This document shows positions 1 to 9,790 of a stretch of 30,670 nucleotides of DNA, piece by piece (within the stretch, counting starts at the first letter, position 1; each line of letters begins with the position of its first letter). Below the pieces are notes generated by a model, which was not told the origin of the DNA, ran no database searches, and worked only from the letters and a program-made list of their open reading frames with translations. The position numbers were made by a program, and so were the translations under genes. The DNA comes from an uncultured Candidatus Saccharibacteria bacterium. GTDB lineage: Bacteria > Patescibacteriota > WWE3 > UBA101185 > UBA10185. The DNA lies in contig CAYXGU010000001.1 in assembly GCA_964464645.1 (NCBI GenBank), positions 1,716-32,385 of the forward strand. The letters run 5' to 3'.

Positions 1-506
1 ATTTCGCCTGTCGCGGGCACCCCACCAGTCACAGCTTTTGGCTGAAAGTGATCTCCTTGTATAAACACCGGCCCCTGCCAGCCGGTTTTAATAGCCGCCG
101 CCAACAGTACACACACGTATTCTTCGGGGGTCTGGAACGTATATTTCATTTCACTCCGTGCGAGTTCAAACACAAAAGCACCAACATGCGAATCTTTGGC
201 TACGTTAAACACCGTTTGCGCAACATCATAAATTAATCCGCGGATGTTCATAGCCGGTACGGTAAACACAGGTGTAACTTTGTTATCGGCAATCGCCGAA
301 TACAGACCAAGAATAGATGCGGGATAAATTCCAAGCTCACGTGCCAATTCCCAAATTAACCAGCGGGTAGATTGTTTTTCTTGTTCCAGTCCAAAAACGC
401 TTTCGTGCACAATTTGATCAATTGATACCGTCCGCAGTATATGCTCATCAAGAATCGTCACTTTATCGCCGGTAATTTTTATTGGGCTTACAAGTCTTGT
501 TATCAC
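1..506 (-). CDS. Class II fructose-bisphosphate aldolase-like protein, N-terminal part (runs off window)
   Basis: Absent from the ORF track. Manual translation from GTG at 506 is open to the window edge: VITRLVSP...TVPAMNIRG...FVFELARSEMKYT...GPVFIQGDHFQ. The A-x-N and D-H motifs match class II aldolases. Confidence 0.75.
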   Translation of the reverse strand, partial: MITRLVSPIKITGDKVTILDEHILRTVSIDQIVHESVFGLEQEKQSTRWLIWELARELGIYPASILGLYSAIADNKVTPVFTVPAMNIRGLIYDVAQTVFNVAKDSHVGAFVFELARSEMKYTFQTPEEYVCVLLAAAIKTGWQGPVFIQGDHFQPKAVTGGVPATGE

Positions 507-542
507 TACCTTAAATTTAGCATAAATGTGTATACTTTATGC

Positions 543-1742
543 ATGGAAAAATTTACGTTTCCGGTAGATTTTGTGTGGGGCACAGCAACATCCGCGCATC
601 AGGTCGAGGGTAACAACACAAATTCAGACTGGTGGGAGTGGGAAGAAAAGCGAAGTCTAAATCAAGAATTTCCACGGGAAAAATCAGGTATTGCATGCGA
701 TTCCTACAACAGGTACGAGGAAGATTTCGATATTTGCAAAGAGTTAAACAATAATGCGGTACGCTTTTCGGTTGAATGGGCAAGACTTGAACCAACACAG
801 GGCACATTTAATCAAGCGGAGTTTAATCACTATCGCGAGGTACTACTGGCAGCAAAAGCACGGGGACTTAAAACTTTTGTAACCTTGCATCACTTTACAA
901 ATCCGCTCTGGTTTAGCAAAAAAGGCGGGTGGGCAAATTCGGAATGTATTAGTTTGTTTGCAAATTACGCAAAAAAAGTTGCGGAGGAACTTGGCGACCA
1001 TATTGACTTTTTTCTGACCATAAATGAACCGCAAGTTTATATGTTCCAAAGTTATTTTAGAGGCATTTGGCCGCCACAGAAAAAAAACCCATTTGTCTCA
1101 CTTTTTGTGCAACGCAATATGATTCATTCACATAACCGCGCGGCAACGGCAATAAAAAAAGTTAATCCGCAGTACCAGGTTGGGCTTGTAAAAAACATCG
1201 TGTGGTACGAAACCGATCCATACACTAAAGCTAAAATCTGGGACAAAATAGCAGTTAAGATGCTTAATTGGCTTGGGCGGGATTCTTTTTTGTGGCCAAT
1301 CCGCAAACATTTGGACTTAATCGGCTTAAATTATTACTTCACCAATCGCATAACAAACCTGCGCCGTACAAACCCCGATGATTATGTAAGTGATTTAAAC
1401 TGGTGGATCAATCCAAAGGGTCTTGAACACATTTTAGTGTATTTAAAAAGGTATCATGTTCCGGTGTACATAACTGAAAATGGGCTGGCAGACGCAAAAG
1501 ATCAGTATAGACAGCGCTTTATTGTCGATCACCTTATTGCATGTGCTATGGCCATGAAAAGGGGTGCCCATCTTAAAGGGTATTTTTACTGGTCTTTGCT
1601 TGACAATTTTGAGTGGCACGAGGGTTTTTGGCCGCGCTTTGGGCTGGTTGAAATTGACCGTGAACATGACCTTAAACGCACACTTCGCGATTCGGGGTAC
1701 ATGTATGGTGAAGTTTGCAAGGAAAACACAATAAGATGGTAA
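543..1742 (+). CDS. Glycoside hydrolase family 1 (beta-glucosidase-like)
   Basis: FPxDFVWGTATSAHQVEG N-terminus, TINEP acid/base, YITENG nucleophile, DNFEW. Start moved to ATG 543 because TATACT lies 6 nt upstream. Confidence 0.95.
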   Translation: MEKFTFPVDFVWGTATSAHQVEGNNTNSDWWEWEEKRSLNQEFPREKSGIACDSYNRYEEDFDICKELNNNAVRFSVEWARLEPTQGTFNQAEFNHYREVLLAAKARGLKTFVTLHHFTNPLWFSKKGGWANSECISLFANYAKKVAEELGDHIDFFLTINEPQVYMFQSYFRGIWPPQKKNPFVSLFVQRNMIHSHNRAATAIKKVNPQYQVGLVKNIVWYETDPYTKAKIWDKIAVKMLNWLGRDSFLWPIRKHLDLIGLNYYFTNRITNLRRTNPDDYVSDLNWWINPKGLEHILVYLKRYHVPVYITENGLADAKDQYRQRFIVDHLIACAMAMKRGAHLKGYFYWSLLDNFEWHEGFWPRFGLVEIDREHDLKRTLRDSGYMYGEVCKENTIRW

Positions 1743-2803
1743 ACACTGTCAAAAAAGAAGCAAAAAAAGCTTTAGAACTAATAAAAAAATTATTTTCGCT
1801 GCGCATTGTGCGGTATCTTTTTTTCTTGTGTGTGACAATTGTTGTGTTACCGTTGCTGATATTTGTTTTCATAAAACCCACGCCGCAGCAAAATATTAAC
1901 TATGGCACAACATTTAGTAATAAGTATGCGGCAGAGATGGGTCTAAACTGGCAGGAAACTTATTTGGCAATTTTGGATGACCTTGGCACAAAAAACATTA
2001 GGCTGGTTGCCTATTGGGATGACATTGAAAAGACAAAAGACCAATACGATTATACCGATATTATGTGGCAGCTTGATGAAGCCGAGAAAAGAGATCTAAA
2101 CGTAACACTTGTCGTCGGCCGCAAGGTGCCGCGCTGGCCGGAATGTTTTGAGCCCGACTGGTGGACAGATATTCCAAATGAAGACGTTAAAAAATTCGAG
2201 CAATATGAATTTGTTAAACAAACCGTCCAAACTTTAGCAAAGTACGATGTTATTAAAATGTGGCAGGTTGAAAATGAGCCCTTCTTTCCATTTGGCGAGT
2301 GCTTAACCATAGAACAAGATGTTGTTGAACAAGAAGTAAAAATTGTGCGCAGTCTTGACCGCCGGCCGATTTTGGTACAGGACAGCGGCGAGGGCGGCTT
2401 GTGGTATCCAACACACAAACTTGGAGATAAACTGGGCATTTCAATGTATCGAAAAATTTGGTTTGATTTTTGGCAGGTGTTTGGAGGCCGATCAATCTAC
2501 TTTCAATACCCGCTCGCACATTGGACATACAAAATTAAAGCCGATATTGTCCGTGTACCACCTGCGGACATTATAGTCACCGAACTTCAGGCAGAACCAT
2601 GGGGACCGGGCATCAACTCCCAATTGTCTGAGGAGGACAAAAACAAAACTATGTCCAGAACCGACTTTTTGTCAACAATAAGCTATGCGCAAAAAACCGG
2701 CTTTGCTGATTTATACCTGTGGGGCGCTGAATGGTGGTATTGGGAAAAGACTGTTAACAATAATCCGTTCTTTTGGGATACCGCTAAAGCCTTATTTAAA
2801 TAA
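1736..2803 (+). CDS. Membrane-anchored clan GH-A glycoside hydrolase (GH5/GH42-like)
   Basis: N-terminal TM helix, then TIM-barrel-like motifs WQVENEP and VTELQAEPW. Overlaps the GH1 stop codon. Start ATG 1736 preferred. Confidence 0.75.
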   Translation: MVNTVKKEAKKALELIKKLFSLRIVRYLFFLCVTIVVLPLLIFVFIKPTPQQNINYGTTFSNKYAAEMGLNWQETYLAILDDLGTKNIRLVAYWDDIEKTKDQYDYTDIMWQLDEAEKRDLNVTLVVGRKVPRWPECFEPDWWTDIPNEDVKKFEQYEFVKQTVQTLAKYDVIKMWQVENEPFFPFGECLTIEQDVVEQEVKIVRSLDRRPILVQDSGEGGLWYPTHKLGDKLGISMYRKIWFDFWQVFGGRSIYFQYPLAHWTYKIKADIVRVPPADIIVTELQAEPWGPGINSQLSEEDKNKTMSRTDFLSTISYAQKTGFADLYLWGAEWWYWEKTVNNNPFFWDTAKALFK

Positions 2804-3421
2804 CTACGGAGTTGAATAGTAAATTATTAGTGCCTCGGGCTTAATTTCAATCCGCTCTAAATTTCCCATATCTTGCTGAGAATACACACTGGTTAAGGTT
2901 TGCTCCATAATGGTGCCGGCGGCAGATTCAAACACCGAATCCATAAAACCAAACCCCGATACATCGACATTACTTATTGAAAAAGATTTTGCGTCAGCAG
3001 TCGGCGCAACGGTTGCACTTACAGTTTGCCCTTCTTTCCACTGTGCATAAACCGTAGCTGACCCATCGCCTAGATCAATTTGCACAGTTGTTACGGGATT
3101 TTCACTACCCATGTCTTGGGGAATATTGGCAGTAATCATCTGGTTAATTGTACTTTCGGGTATTTCAACCTTAAAAGTGCCGTCATCCATCGCCTGCGGC
3201 ACAACATCTGTAAATTGCAGATTTTCGGAAATTGCTAGCGGCAAATCTGCAGGCAACTCTGGGCTTGGAAGCCACATGTTTTCTTGAATTTGACTTTGCG
3301 CCTGTTCAATACTGTTGGATACCTGCTTTTGCTGAAGCATATTTTTTGACACTGCTAGCATAAAAACCACTCCAACCACTAGAACCAATGCTTTTATAAG
3401 TGTATTTCCTTGAGAAGTCAT
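2804..3421 (-). CDS. Hypothetical N-anchored exported protein (possible LmeA/DUF2993-like lipid-binding fold)
   Basis: ATG 3421 with TGC-TATACT 6 nt upstream; N-terminal TM helix. The track's 3595 start would overlap pepF. Fold guess is weak. Confidence 0.6.
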   Translation of the reverse strand: MTSQGNTLIKALVLVVGVVFMLAVSKNMLQQKQVSNSIEQAQSQIQENMWLPSPELPADLPLAISENLQFTDVVPQAMDDGTFKVEIPESTINQMITANIPQDMGSENPVTTVQIDLGDGSATVYAQWKEGQTVSATVAPTADAKSFSISNVDVSGFGFMDSVFESAAGTIMEQTLTSVYSQQDMGNLERIEIKPEALIIYYSTP

Positions 3422-3427
3422 GTAAAT

Positions 3428-3447
3428 AGTATAGCAGATGGTAAAAT
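3428..3447. promoter_or_regulatory. Back-to-back extended -10 promoters of divergent leaderless genes
   Basis: Minus strand TGC-TATACT (3436-3428) is 6 nt before ATG 3421. Plus strand TGG-TAAAAT (3439-3447) is 6 nt before ATG 3454. Confidence 0.7.
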
Positions 3448-3453
3448 GGGCGT

Positions 3454-5241
3454 ATGAAAACAACTTGGGATTTGTCACTTTTACTAGTAAGTGACGCGGA
3501 TCCGACAATAAAAATATTTTTGGCAAAATGCGAGACCGAAGCACAAAAATTTGTAAAAAAGTGGGAACCTCGTACCGACTACCTCTCCGAACCAAAAATC
3601 TTAAAAGGTGCGCTGAGTGAGTTTGAAAAATGGGTAACCACCTACGCCATGGGCGGAAAGGTTGGCTTTTACTTTAGTCTTAAAGGGTCGCTTGATAAAA
3701 ACGATCCAAACATTAAGGCCATGAATAATAAAATAGCCGAGCAGTCAGTGAGGATCGAAAATGAGATGCAGTTTTTTATGCACCGGGTTTCGACCATGCC
3801 TAAAAAAGACCAAAAACGATTTTTGGCCTACGCGGACCTTAAGGAGTACAAACACTTTCTGGAGAAAAGTTTTGCCGAAGCCAAATACTTGCTAACCGAA
3901 CCCGAAGAAAAAGTAGTCAATTTAATGGCAAAAACCTCGTTTTCAAATTGGCGGGCAATGCTTTCGGCTTTGCTAGCTAAAGAGGAGATTGTGGTTTTGA
4001 CCGAACAAGATAAGCAGACTAAGGTCCCTTTTTCTCAAGCTCCAAACCTACTTGTAAGTAAGAACAAAAAAGTTCGCGACAGTGTAGCACAAGAAATAAA
4101 CAGAGTGCTTGAAAAACAGTCTGATGTGGCCGAGCATGAGCTAAATTCACTGCTTGAAGCAAAAAAAGTTGCTGATGATATGCGCAAAATTAGCCGCCCC
4201 GATCTTGGACGCCACATTTCAGATGATATTGAAAGCAAAGTGGTAGACGTAATGCTTCAAACTGTTGCCGACCATTTTAGTATTTCGAAACGCTATTACA
4301 AATTAAAGGCGCAACTCTTGGGTGTGCCAAAGCTTGAGTACCACGACCGCTCAGCCGAGTACGGAACTGTTAACACACGGTATGATTTTGCGAAGGCGTG
4401 CACCCTAGCACGTGAGACTTTTTACGACCTGGACCAGGATTTTGGCAAGATCTTTGACACGTATGTTGCCAATGGCCACATTGATGTGTATTCAAAAAAA
4501 GGCAAGTCGGGCGGTGCATTTTGCACAACCTGGTTAAGAGATCACCCTACTTATATTTTGCTTAATTACTCAAACAAGCTAAATGATGTATTAACCCTTG
4601 CACACGAGGTCGGGCACGGTATTAATACTGAACTTATTAAAGTTCAGAGTGAGCTAAATTATATGACACCGCTGTCAACCGCAGAAGTTGCAAGCACATT
4701 TATGGAAGACTTTGTGCTGGAAAGGGTTTTGCGCGAGGCAGACGACGAAACCAAACTGGCAATTATGATGATGAGAATGGACGACAATGTGGCGACAATT
4801 TTGCGACAAGTTGCCTGCTATAAATTTGAACAGGAATTACATGCAACCTTTAGACAAGCGGGCTATTTATCAAAAACGCAAATTGGCAAGCTGTTTCAAA
4901 AACACATGAAGGCATATATGGGTTCGTATGTTAACCACCCACCGGAATCGCAAAACTGGTGGATATACTGGAGCCACATTAGGAGTTTTTTTTATGTGTA
5001 CTCATACGCAAGTGGCTTGCTTATTTCGAAAGCCCTGCAAAATAAGGTAAAGCAGGATCCGAAATTTATTTTAGCTGTAAAAGACTTTTTAGCCGCAGGC
5101 GGGTCGGAATCACCAAAGACCAGCTTTCGAAAACTTGGAATTGATATTACCGACAAAAACTTTTGGGTTACAGGGCTTGCAGAAGTAGAAACACTGTTGC
5201 AAGACACACAAAAATTAGCAAAAAAGCTTGGGAAAATATAA
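3454..5241 (+). CDS. pepF: Oligoendopeptidase F (peptidase M3B)
   Basis: 595 aa; WDLS N-terminus, KGKSGGAFC, LAHEVGH zinc motif, AEVASTFME, HIRSFFYVYSYASG. Confidence 0.93.
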   Translation: MKTTWDLSLLLVSDADPTIKIFLAKCETEAQKFVKKWEPRTDYLSEPKILKGALSEFEKWVTTYAMGGKVGFYFSLKGSLDKNDPNIKAMNNKIAEQSVRIENEMQFFMHRVSTMPKKDQKRFLAYADLKEYKHFLEKSFAEAKYLLTEPEEKVVNLMAKTSFSNWRAMLSALLAKEEIVVLTEQDKQTKVPFSQAPNLLVSKNKKVRDSVAQEINRVLEKQSDVAEHELNSLLEAKKVADDMRKISRPDLGRHISDDIESKVVDVMLQTVADHFSISKRYYKLKAQLLGVPKLEYHDRSAEYGTVNTRYDFAKACTLARETFYDLDQDFGKIFDTYVANGHIDVYSKKGKSGGAFCTTWLRDHPTYILLNYSNKLNDVLTLAHEVGHGINTELIKVQSELNYMTPLSTAEVASTFMEDFVLERVLREADDETKLAIMMMRMDDNVATILRQVACYKFEQELHATFRQAGYLSKTQIGKLFQKHMKAYMGSYVNHPPESQNWWIYWSHIRSFFYVYSYASGLLISKALQNKVKQDPKFILAVKDFLAAGGSESPKTSFRKLGIDITDKNFWVTGLAEVETLLQDTQKLAKKLGKI

Positions 5242-5250
5242 AATAAAACT

Positions 5251-6549
5251 ATGGAACAAATTCAGCCCGAAGCACAACAGCCAACCATACCCGATACTAT
5301 TTCCGCGACAGACGCCCTAACACCGGTAAAAAGACGCCGCAGTCACAAAGCAAGCGTATTTATTCTTTTTGGGCTAATTGTGATAGGGTTGGGCATTTTT
5401 GTAACATATTTTTTGATGCAGGCCGGAATTAATCCGTTCGTGTTTTTGCGAGAGCAAATTGCGCAAGTTACTGACCCTTCACAACCTTCTGAACCAACCC
5501 CAGAACCCGAGGAACCAATAATAGAAGAGCCCGAGATAACAGATGGTACATGGAAAACGTACTTTAACGTAAACGAGGGTATTTCGGTAATGTACCCGCC
5601 GGAAGCCAAGCTAACTGAACCGGCACCTATTACCGGAACCGAGCTCGCAACTTATAAAATTACGTATGAGGGCAAAAATCAGGAAAAACCTATTGTTGAA
5701 GAAACTGACGTTGTTGACGGTTATTTGGTAAAAATTGTGCTGCACGGTGAAGTTGTGAATACCAACCTCGATGAAATTGCAAATGCACGCAAAAATACAT
5801 ATTTACGCGTGTGTCCGGACACAGTCTTTATTTCAAAAATTGATAACATTGCGATTTCGGATTTTGCCGCAAAGCGGTTTGGGGTTGAAAATTGCGATGT
5901 AAATTACGTCCAGACTTTTGCGTTAAAAGAAAATAATTTGTTTGAAATTATAGAAGTCTACAACGGTGACATCGGTTACGAACAAGTGTACAAAAATACT
6001 GCAGATCAAATTGCCAACTCCTTTACATTTACCAACACTATTCAACCGACCCCGATAGATACGTGGGAAACTTACAACGGTGGTGGCAATGAAATTTCGT
6101 TTAAGTATCCGAGTGAGCTGGATGCCTCTTGCTGTTCTATAAACGGGCCGATTTCAACCGGATCACGTCGCCTTATTGTACTTGCGCACCCCGAAAGTCT
6201 GGTAACTGGTAATGTGCAGGAATTTGACGGTTTTGGCGTTTTTGCCGACTCCAACCCAACAAAGATGGGCTTTTGGGAATATGTTGATTTGCAAAAACAG
6301 CTATTGGTTGAAAACTACCGTATAACTATTGGCCGTGATCCCGAAAACCTGGTGCAAGAAGACTTTACCATTGCCGGCGTAACAGGCACCGTGCTAAAAG
6401 GACACGCATGGTGGGGGGACATTATATTTATACAAGCACCGGGCGAGCAAAGAATAATAGCTATCTCACGCATTGAAACAAAACCCGGCAACTTTGACGC
6501 CTACTTTACACAAATAATGGAAACGTTTAAGTTTGAGGCTGCGCAGTAA
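5251..6549 (+). CDS. Membrane-anchored exported protein with two PsbP-like repeats
   Basis: TM helix plus Pro/Glu linker. Two domains begin WKTYFN..ISVMYP and WETYN..ISFKYP, each ending in a TF(T/K)F strand. Confidence 0.65.
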   Translation: MEQIQPEAQQPTIPDTISATDALTPVKRRRSHKASVFILFGLIVIGLGIFVTYFLMQAGINPFVFLREQIAQVTDPSQPSEPTPEPEEPIIEEPEITDGTWKTYFNVNEGISVMYPPEAKLTEPAPITGTELATYKITYEGKNQEKPIVEETDVVDGYLVKIVLHGEVVNTNLDEIANARKNTYLRVCPDTVFISKIDNIAISDFAAKRFGVENCDVNYVQTFALKENNLFEIIEVYNGDIGYEQVYKNTADQIANSFTFTNTIQPTPIDTWETYNGGGNEISFKYPSELDASCCSINGPISTGSRRLIVLAHPESLVTGNVQEFDGFGVFADSNPTKMGFWEYVDLQKQLLVENYRITIGRDPENLVQEDFTIAGVTGTVLKGHAWWGDIIFIQAPGEQRIIAISRIETKPGNFDAYFTQIMETFKFEAAQ

Positions 6550-6556
6550 AAAAACC

Positions 6557-6597
6557 AAAAAAGAAGGCGCTCCAAGTAGGAACGCCCATCTTTTTTT
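6557..6597. terminator. Probable bidirectional intrinsic terminator
   Basis: A-tract, imperfect GGCG-TCC/GGA-CGCC stem and T-tract between convergent genes. Confidence 0.6.
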
Positions 6598-6611
6598 GCG
6601 ACTATGCGTAC

Positions 6612-7382
6612 TTACTGATTCTCGGTTACTATCACGGTAGGCCCATCAACTACTTTGTACAGTACTGCACGTCCTTCTTCGTCTACTTGTGTTATCTCAA
6701 CTGTTACTTCGACCAGTTCGCCAACTAGGTCTGCGACTCTGTCTGCTTCTGCACCTTCAAACACAAAGTAAAAAGTTGCACCGATGTTCTCGTCTACCAG
6801 CGTATAAAATACACCAAGCGGACCGTCTGAAACCTGCGGTTTAAGCACACCTTCTAAGGTGACAACGTCGCCAACTGAAACTACCGGTGTTTCAACCGGA
6901 TCGCCGTTTTCGTCAACTTCGTCATCTGACGGCTGGTCAACAACAACGGCAAGTGCATCACCTATTCTAGTTTTTACCTCTTCTAAAACAACTGCGAGTG
7001 CATCTTGCACTTCTTGTGGAAAAGTGGATTTGTCTTCAAGTAAAACTGTGGGATCGGTTTCGACAAACAAAACTACTACATCTAGGTTTGTTTGGCCGGC
7101 CTCTGAAAGCAGCGGCTCGATCACATTCACATAATCCGTAAAGATCTTTAGCTGAGCGAGCGCCTTTGCTCTGGTCATATCTTCTTCGGTCTGATCGCCG
7201 GTGTCGGCACCATCTTCCGGCTGTAGTGTTTCTTCTTCGGTCGGGGGAGGAGATTCTGCGCTGTTACTTGATAGCCAATATAACCCAAGTCCGCCAAGTG
7301 CCAAGACTACAAGAATAACAATCACGGTTTTCATTGTGCTGTCTTGTCCACCTTGGGGCTGGGATGGTGTTGTTTCTGTCAT
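6612..7382 (-). CDS. Hypothetical acidic membrane-anchored protein
   Basis: 256 aa, N-terminal TM helix, AGGAGG Shine-Dalgarno upstream, beta-rich C-terminal domain. Confidence 0.75.
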   Translation of the reverse strand: MTETTPSQPQGGQDSTMKTVIVILVVLALGGLGLYWLSSNSAESPPPTEEETLQPEDGADTGDQTEEDMTRAKALAQLKIFTDYVNVIEPLLSEAGQTNLDVVVLFVETDPTVLLEDKSTFPQEVQDALAVVLEEVKTRIGDALAVVVDQPSDDEVDENGDPVETPVVSVGDVVTLEGVLKPQVSDGPLGVFYTLVDENIGATFYFVFEGAEADRVADLVGELVEVTVEITQVDEEGRAVLYKVVDGPTVIVTENQ

Positions 7383-7559
7383 GTTACACCTCCTTTGAGA
7401 GAAAAATTGTTATGTGAATATTACAACAGGGTTTGGGGTGTGTGTCAATGTTTTAGCTCATAACACGGTTTTGGAGCTGAATGGCTGCCAGTTTTGAACC
7501 ATTTTTTGCAACCAACACGCAAGAACGCCCTGCATATTATGGTAGTATTATAGACATCT

Positions 7560-8684
7560 GTGATTATACATCATGATAATTTTTCAACCACTAGAGAAGA
7601 GGAGAGCAGCGCCATAAGGTTGTTGGAAACAAAATTAGCAAGTCAAGTTGAGGCAAAACCAAACCCATTCTACAGACTAAATTCGGAAGACCTGAAAAAA
7701 TTAGTGTTATTACCCGTTGCCGAGGGATTTGGCGAAACTGTTGTGTTTTATGGAACTGAGTATGCCTCTAGAGGAAGGGAAATAGGCGATTCCAGGCATG
7801 CGGTTGAGATAGAGGATATAAACGGATACAAAACTATTGGAATTGTTACAGTAAAAGGTGTTGGACTCAGAGACCCGTTAAACGAGGGGGATTACACTTA
7901 TGGGGGTTCAGCCGGTCTGTTAGGGATTGATGAAACAACAATAGATGCAGGGATGGGGAATTTCCTGCGAGAGTGTGGAGCAGATATTGGAGATAGTATA
8001 GGATTGTTACGTTTACCAACAAAAGAATTCTTGCAATTTCTTGAAGCGCATGGTGCCACTGAATATGCTTCCGTTTTACGAAAAAACGAATTTGAACAGA
8101 GAGATGTAGTGCCGGCGATGGTACGTTTGTCCGATCCGGAAAGACTGGGGGATGTATTTGAGAGTAAACAAAGTATGCATACTTCAGCAATGTGGATGGC
8201 GGCCGAACTAACTTCTAATGGAAAGGCAAGTTTTATCGCGAGATATGATGTTCCTGAAGAGTACCTTACCCAGTTGGAAAACCTGACCACCGAAACATTC
8301 ACAGACGCAGCGGCTCAAAATCATGCGCGTCTGTTAACATGGCTTATAGCCAGAAACTATGCGATTTGTCTAAAAAATAAAGTGAGTGCTGATTTTTCCG
8401 AACGGCAGATCGGAAACCTGGGCAAACTCCATGATTTTGCTGCGACTTTGGATCAGCCAGAAGCTGATGGTGTAAACCAGTCTACCACCTCAACATTTAC
8501 AACATTACTTGCTGAAACAGTAATTGCAAAAGGAAAGTTTTTGGATGAAGATGAAATAACTAAAATATTGAGCAAGGTAGAAGAAATTTTTGAGCTGGAC
8601 TTAACATCAGAAAAAAATATTGTCGAGGAAAAAGCCGGGCTTTTTGTCAAAAAATATTCCGACCCGCCTTTTTTGACTTTCTAA
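7560..8684 (+). CDS. Hypothetical protein, possible remote SelO/kinase-like fold
   Basis: 374 aa ORF with no credible competitor. Fold resemblance is by eye only (see findings). Confidence 0.7.
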   Translation: MIIHHDNFSTTREEESSAIRLLETKLASQVEAKPNPFYRLNSEDLKKLVLLPVAEGFGETVVFYGTEYASRGREIGDSRHAVEIEDINGYKTIGIVTVKGVGLRDPLNEGDYTYGGSAGLLGIDETTIDAGMGNFLRECGADIGDSIGLLRLPTKEFLQFLEAHGATEYASVLRKNEFEQRDVVPAMVRLSDPERLGDVFESKQSMHTSAMWMAAELTSNGKASFIARYDVPEEYLTQLENLTTETFTDAAAQNHARLLTWLIARNYAICLKNKVSADFSERQIGNLGKLHDFAATLDQPEADGVNQSTTSTFTTLLAETVIAKGKFLDEDEITKILSKVEEIFELDLTSEKNIVEEKAGLFVKKYSDPPFLTF

Positions 8685-8857
8685 ATATATATATAAACAG
8701 TTACCGCCTCCGGGTGATGTCAACTCGCTTGAATGGTAATCGCACATACTCTCATTACACGCGCCACGATAGCTGATCTTGAGCTAACTACGATAAACAT
8801 GGTCTGAACTTCGACACCACCGCAATACACACCCAAACATAAGCTATAATTAAAAGC

Positions 8858-9790
8858 GTGAAGAAACTTGCGGTTGTACTAATTATGTTACTGCTAATTT
8901 GCGCAATTGCATTTGTATTCAGCCAAACAAACACCCGTCTTGAAACCTACGCCGCAGCCAGATACCACAGCCTTGTATATTTTTCTTATTGCGATGAACC
9001 AATAGGCTTTTCGCTTGGTGGACTTGATCCCAAATTTAATATCGACATGCAAACCTTTAAAAACGATGTTTTGGCGGCAGCCGAAATTTGGAACACGGCT
9101 TACGGAAAAACGCTTTTTGTCCATGATCCAACTGCAGAGCTTGATATTCACCTAGTTTTTGACGAACGCCAAAGACTACTTAGTACCTTGAATAACGCGG
9201 ACTCACAGATTTCGACTGCTAGCCAAGATTTTGAAGCACAGATTTTGGCGTACGAAGCACAGGTGGTAACACTAAATGCAAAAATTCAAGCACTAAACGC
9301 AGAAATTGCCGAGTGGAACAAAAAAGGCGGCGCGCCCGAAGACGTATACGAAAAAATTATTGCTGACCAAAATAGGCTAAGAGCCGAAATTGCACGCGTA
9401 GATAACGAAGCTGCCATCTTGGCACAAACTCAAAGTCAGCTTAATGAAAAAATTATCGGCTACAACTACACCGTGGATGAGTTCAACACAACCCTAGCTA
9501 CAAAACCCGAAGAAGGGTTATACACTAGTGCCGATGAGAAAATTGAGATCTATTTTTACGACACCCGTGATAGATTTGTGCATACAGTTGCACACGAACT
9601 TGGGCATGCATTGGGCTTGGATCACGTAAGCAATACGCAAGCCATTATGCACCCTACTACGTCTGATGCGCTTGCTTTATCCGATGAGGACTTTGCCGCA
9701 CTGACCGCAAGATGTGCTGAAATAAACAAAGTGGAGTTTTTTTATGATGCATTGGTGGGTTCTGTTAGTCGGTTAGTTGCACTACAGTAG
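8858..9790 (+). CDS. Matrixin-like (M10) zinc metalloprotease with coiled-coil insert
   Basis: HELGHALGLDH (HExxHxxGxxH), Met-turn AIMHP, N-terminal signal/TM, long heptad segment. TATAAT 7 nt before the GTG. Confidence 0.9.
   Translation: MKKLAVVLIMLLLICAIAFVFSQTNTRLETYAAARYHSLVYFSYCDEPIGFSLGGLDPKFNIDMQTFKNDVLAAAEIWNTAYGKTLFVHDPTAELDIHLVFDERQRLLSTLNNADSQISTASQDFEAQILAYEAQVVTLNAKIQALNAEIAEWNKKGGAPEDVYEKIIADQNRLRAEIARVDNEAAILAQTQSQLNEKIIGYNYTVDEFNTTLATKPEEGLYTSADEKIEIYFYDTRDRFVHTVAHELGHALGLDHVSNTQAIMHPTTSDALALSDEDFAALTARCAEINKVEFFYDALVGSVSRLVALQ

Noticed and set aside
441-542. N-terminal extension of the GH1 ORF in the track
   Set aside because: It overlaps the aldolase on the opposite strand; GH1 homology and a -10 box point to ATG 543.
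7482-7500. Minus-strand GGTTC-N8-CAGCCA resembling the tRNA-Gln end
   Set aside because: Spacing is 6 nt shorter than in the other sites and the GAC core is missing; likely chance.
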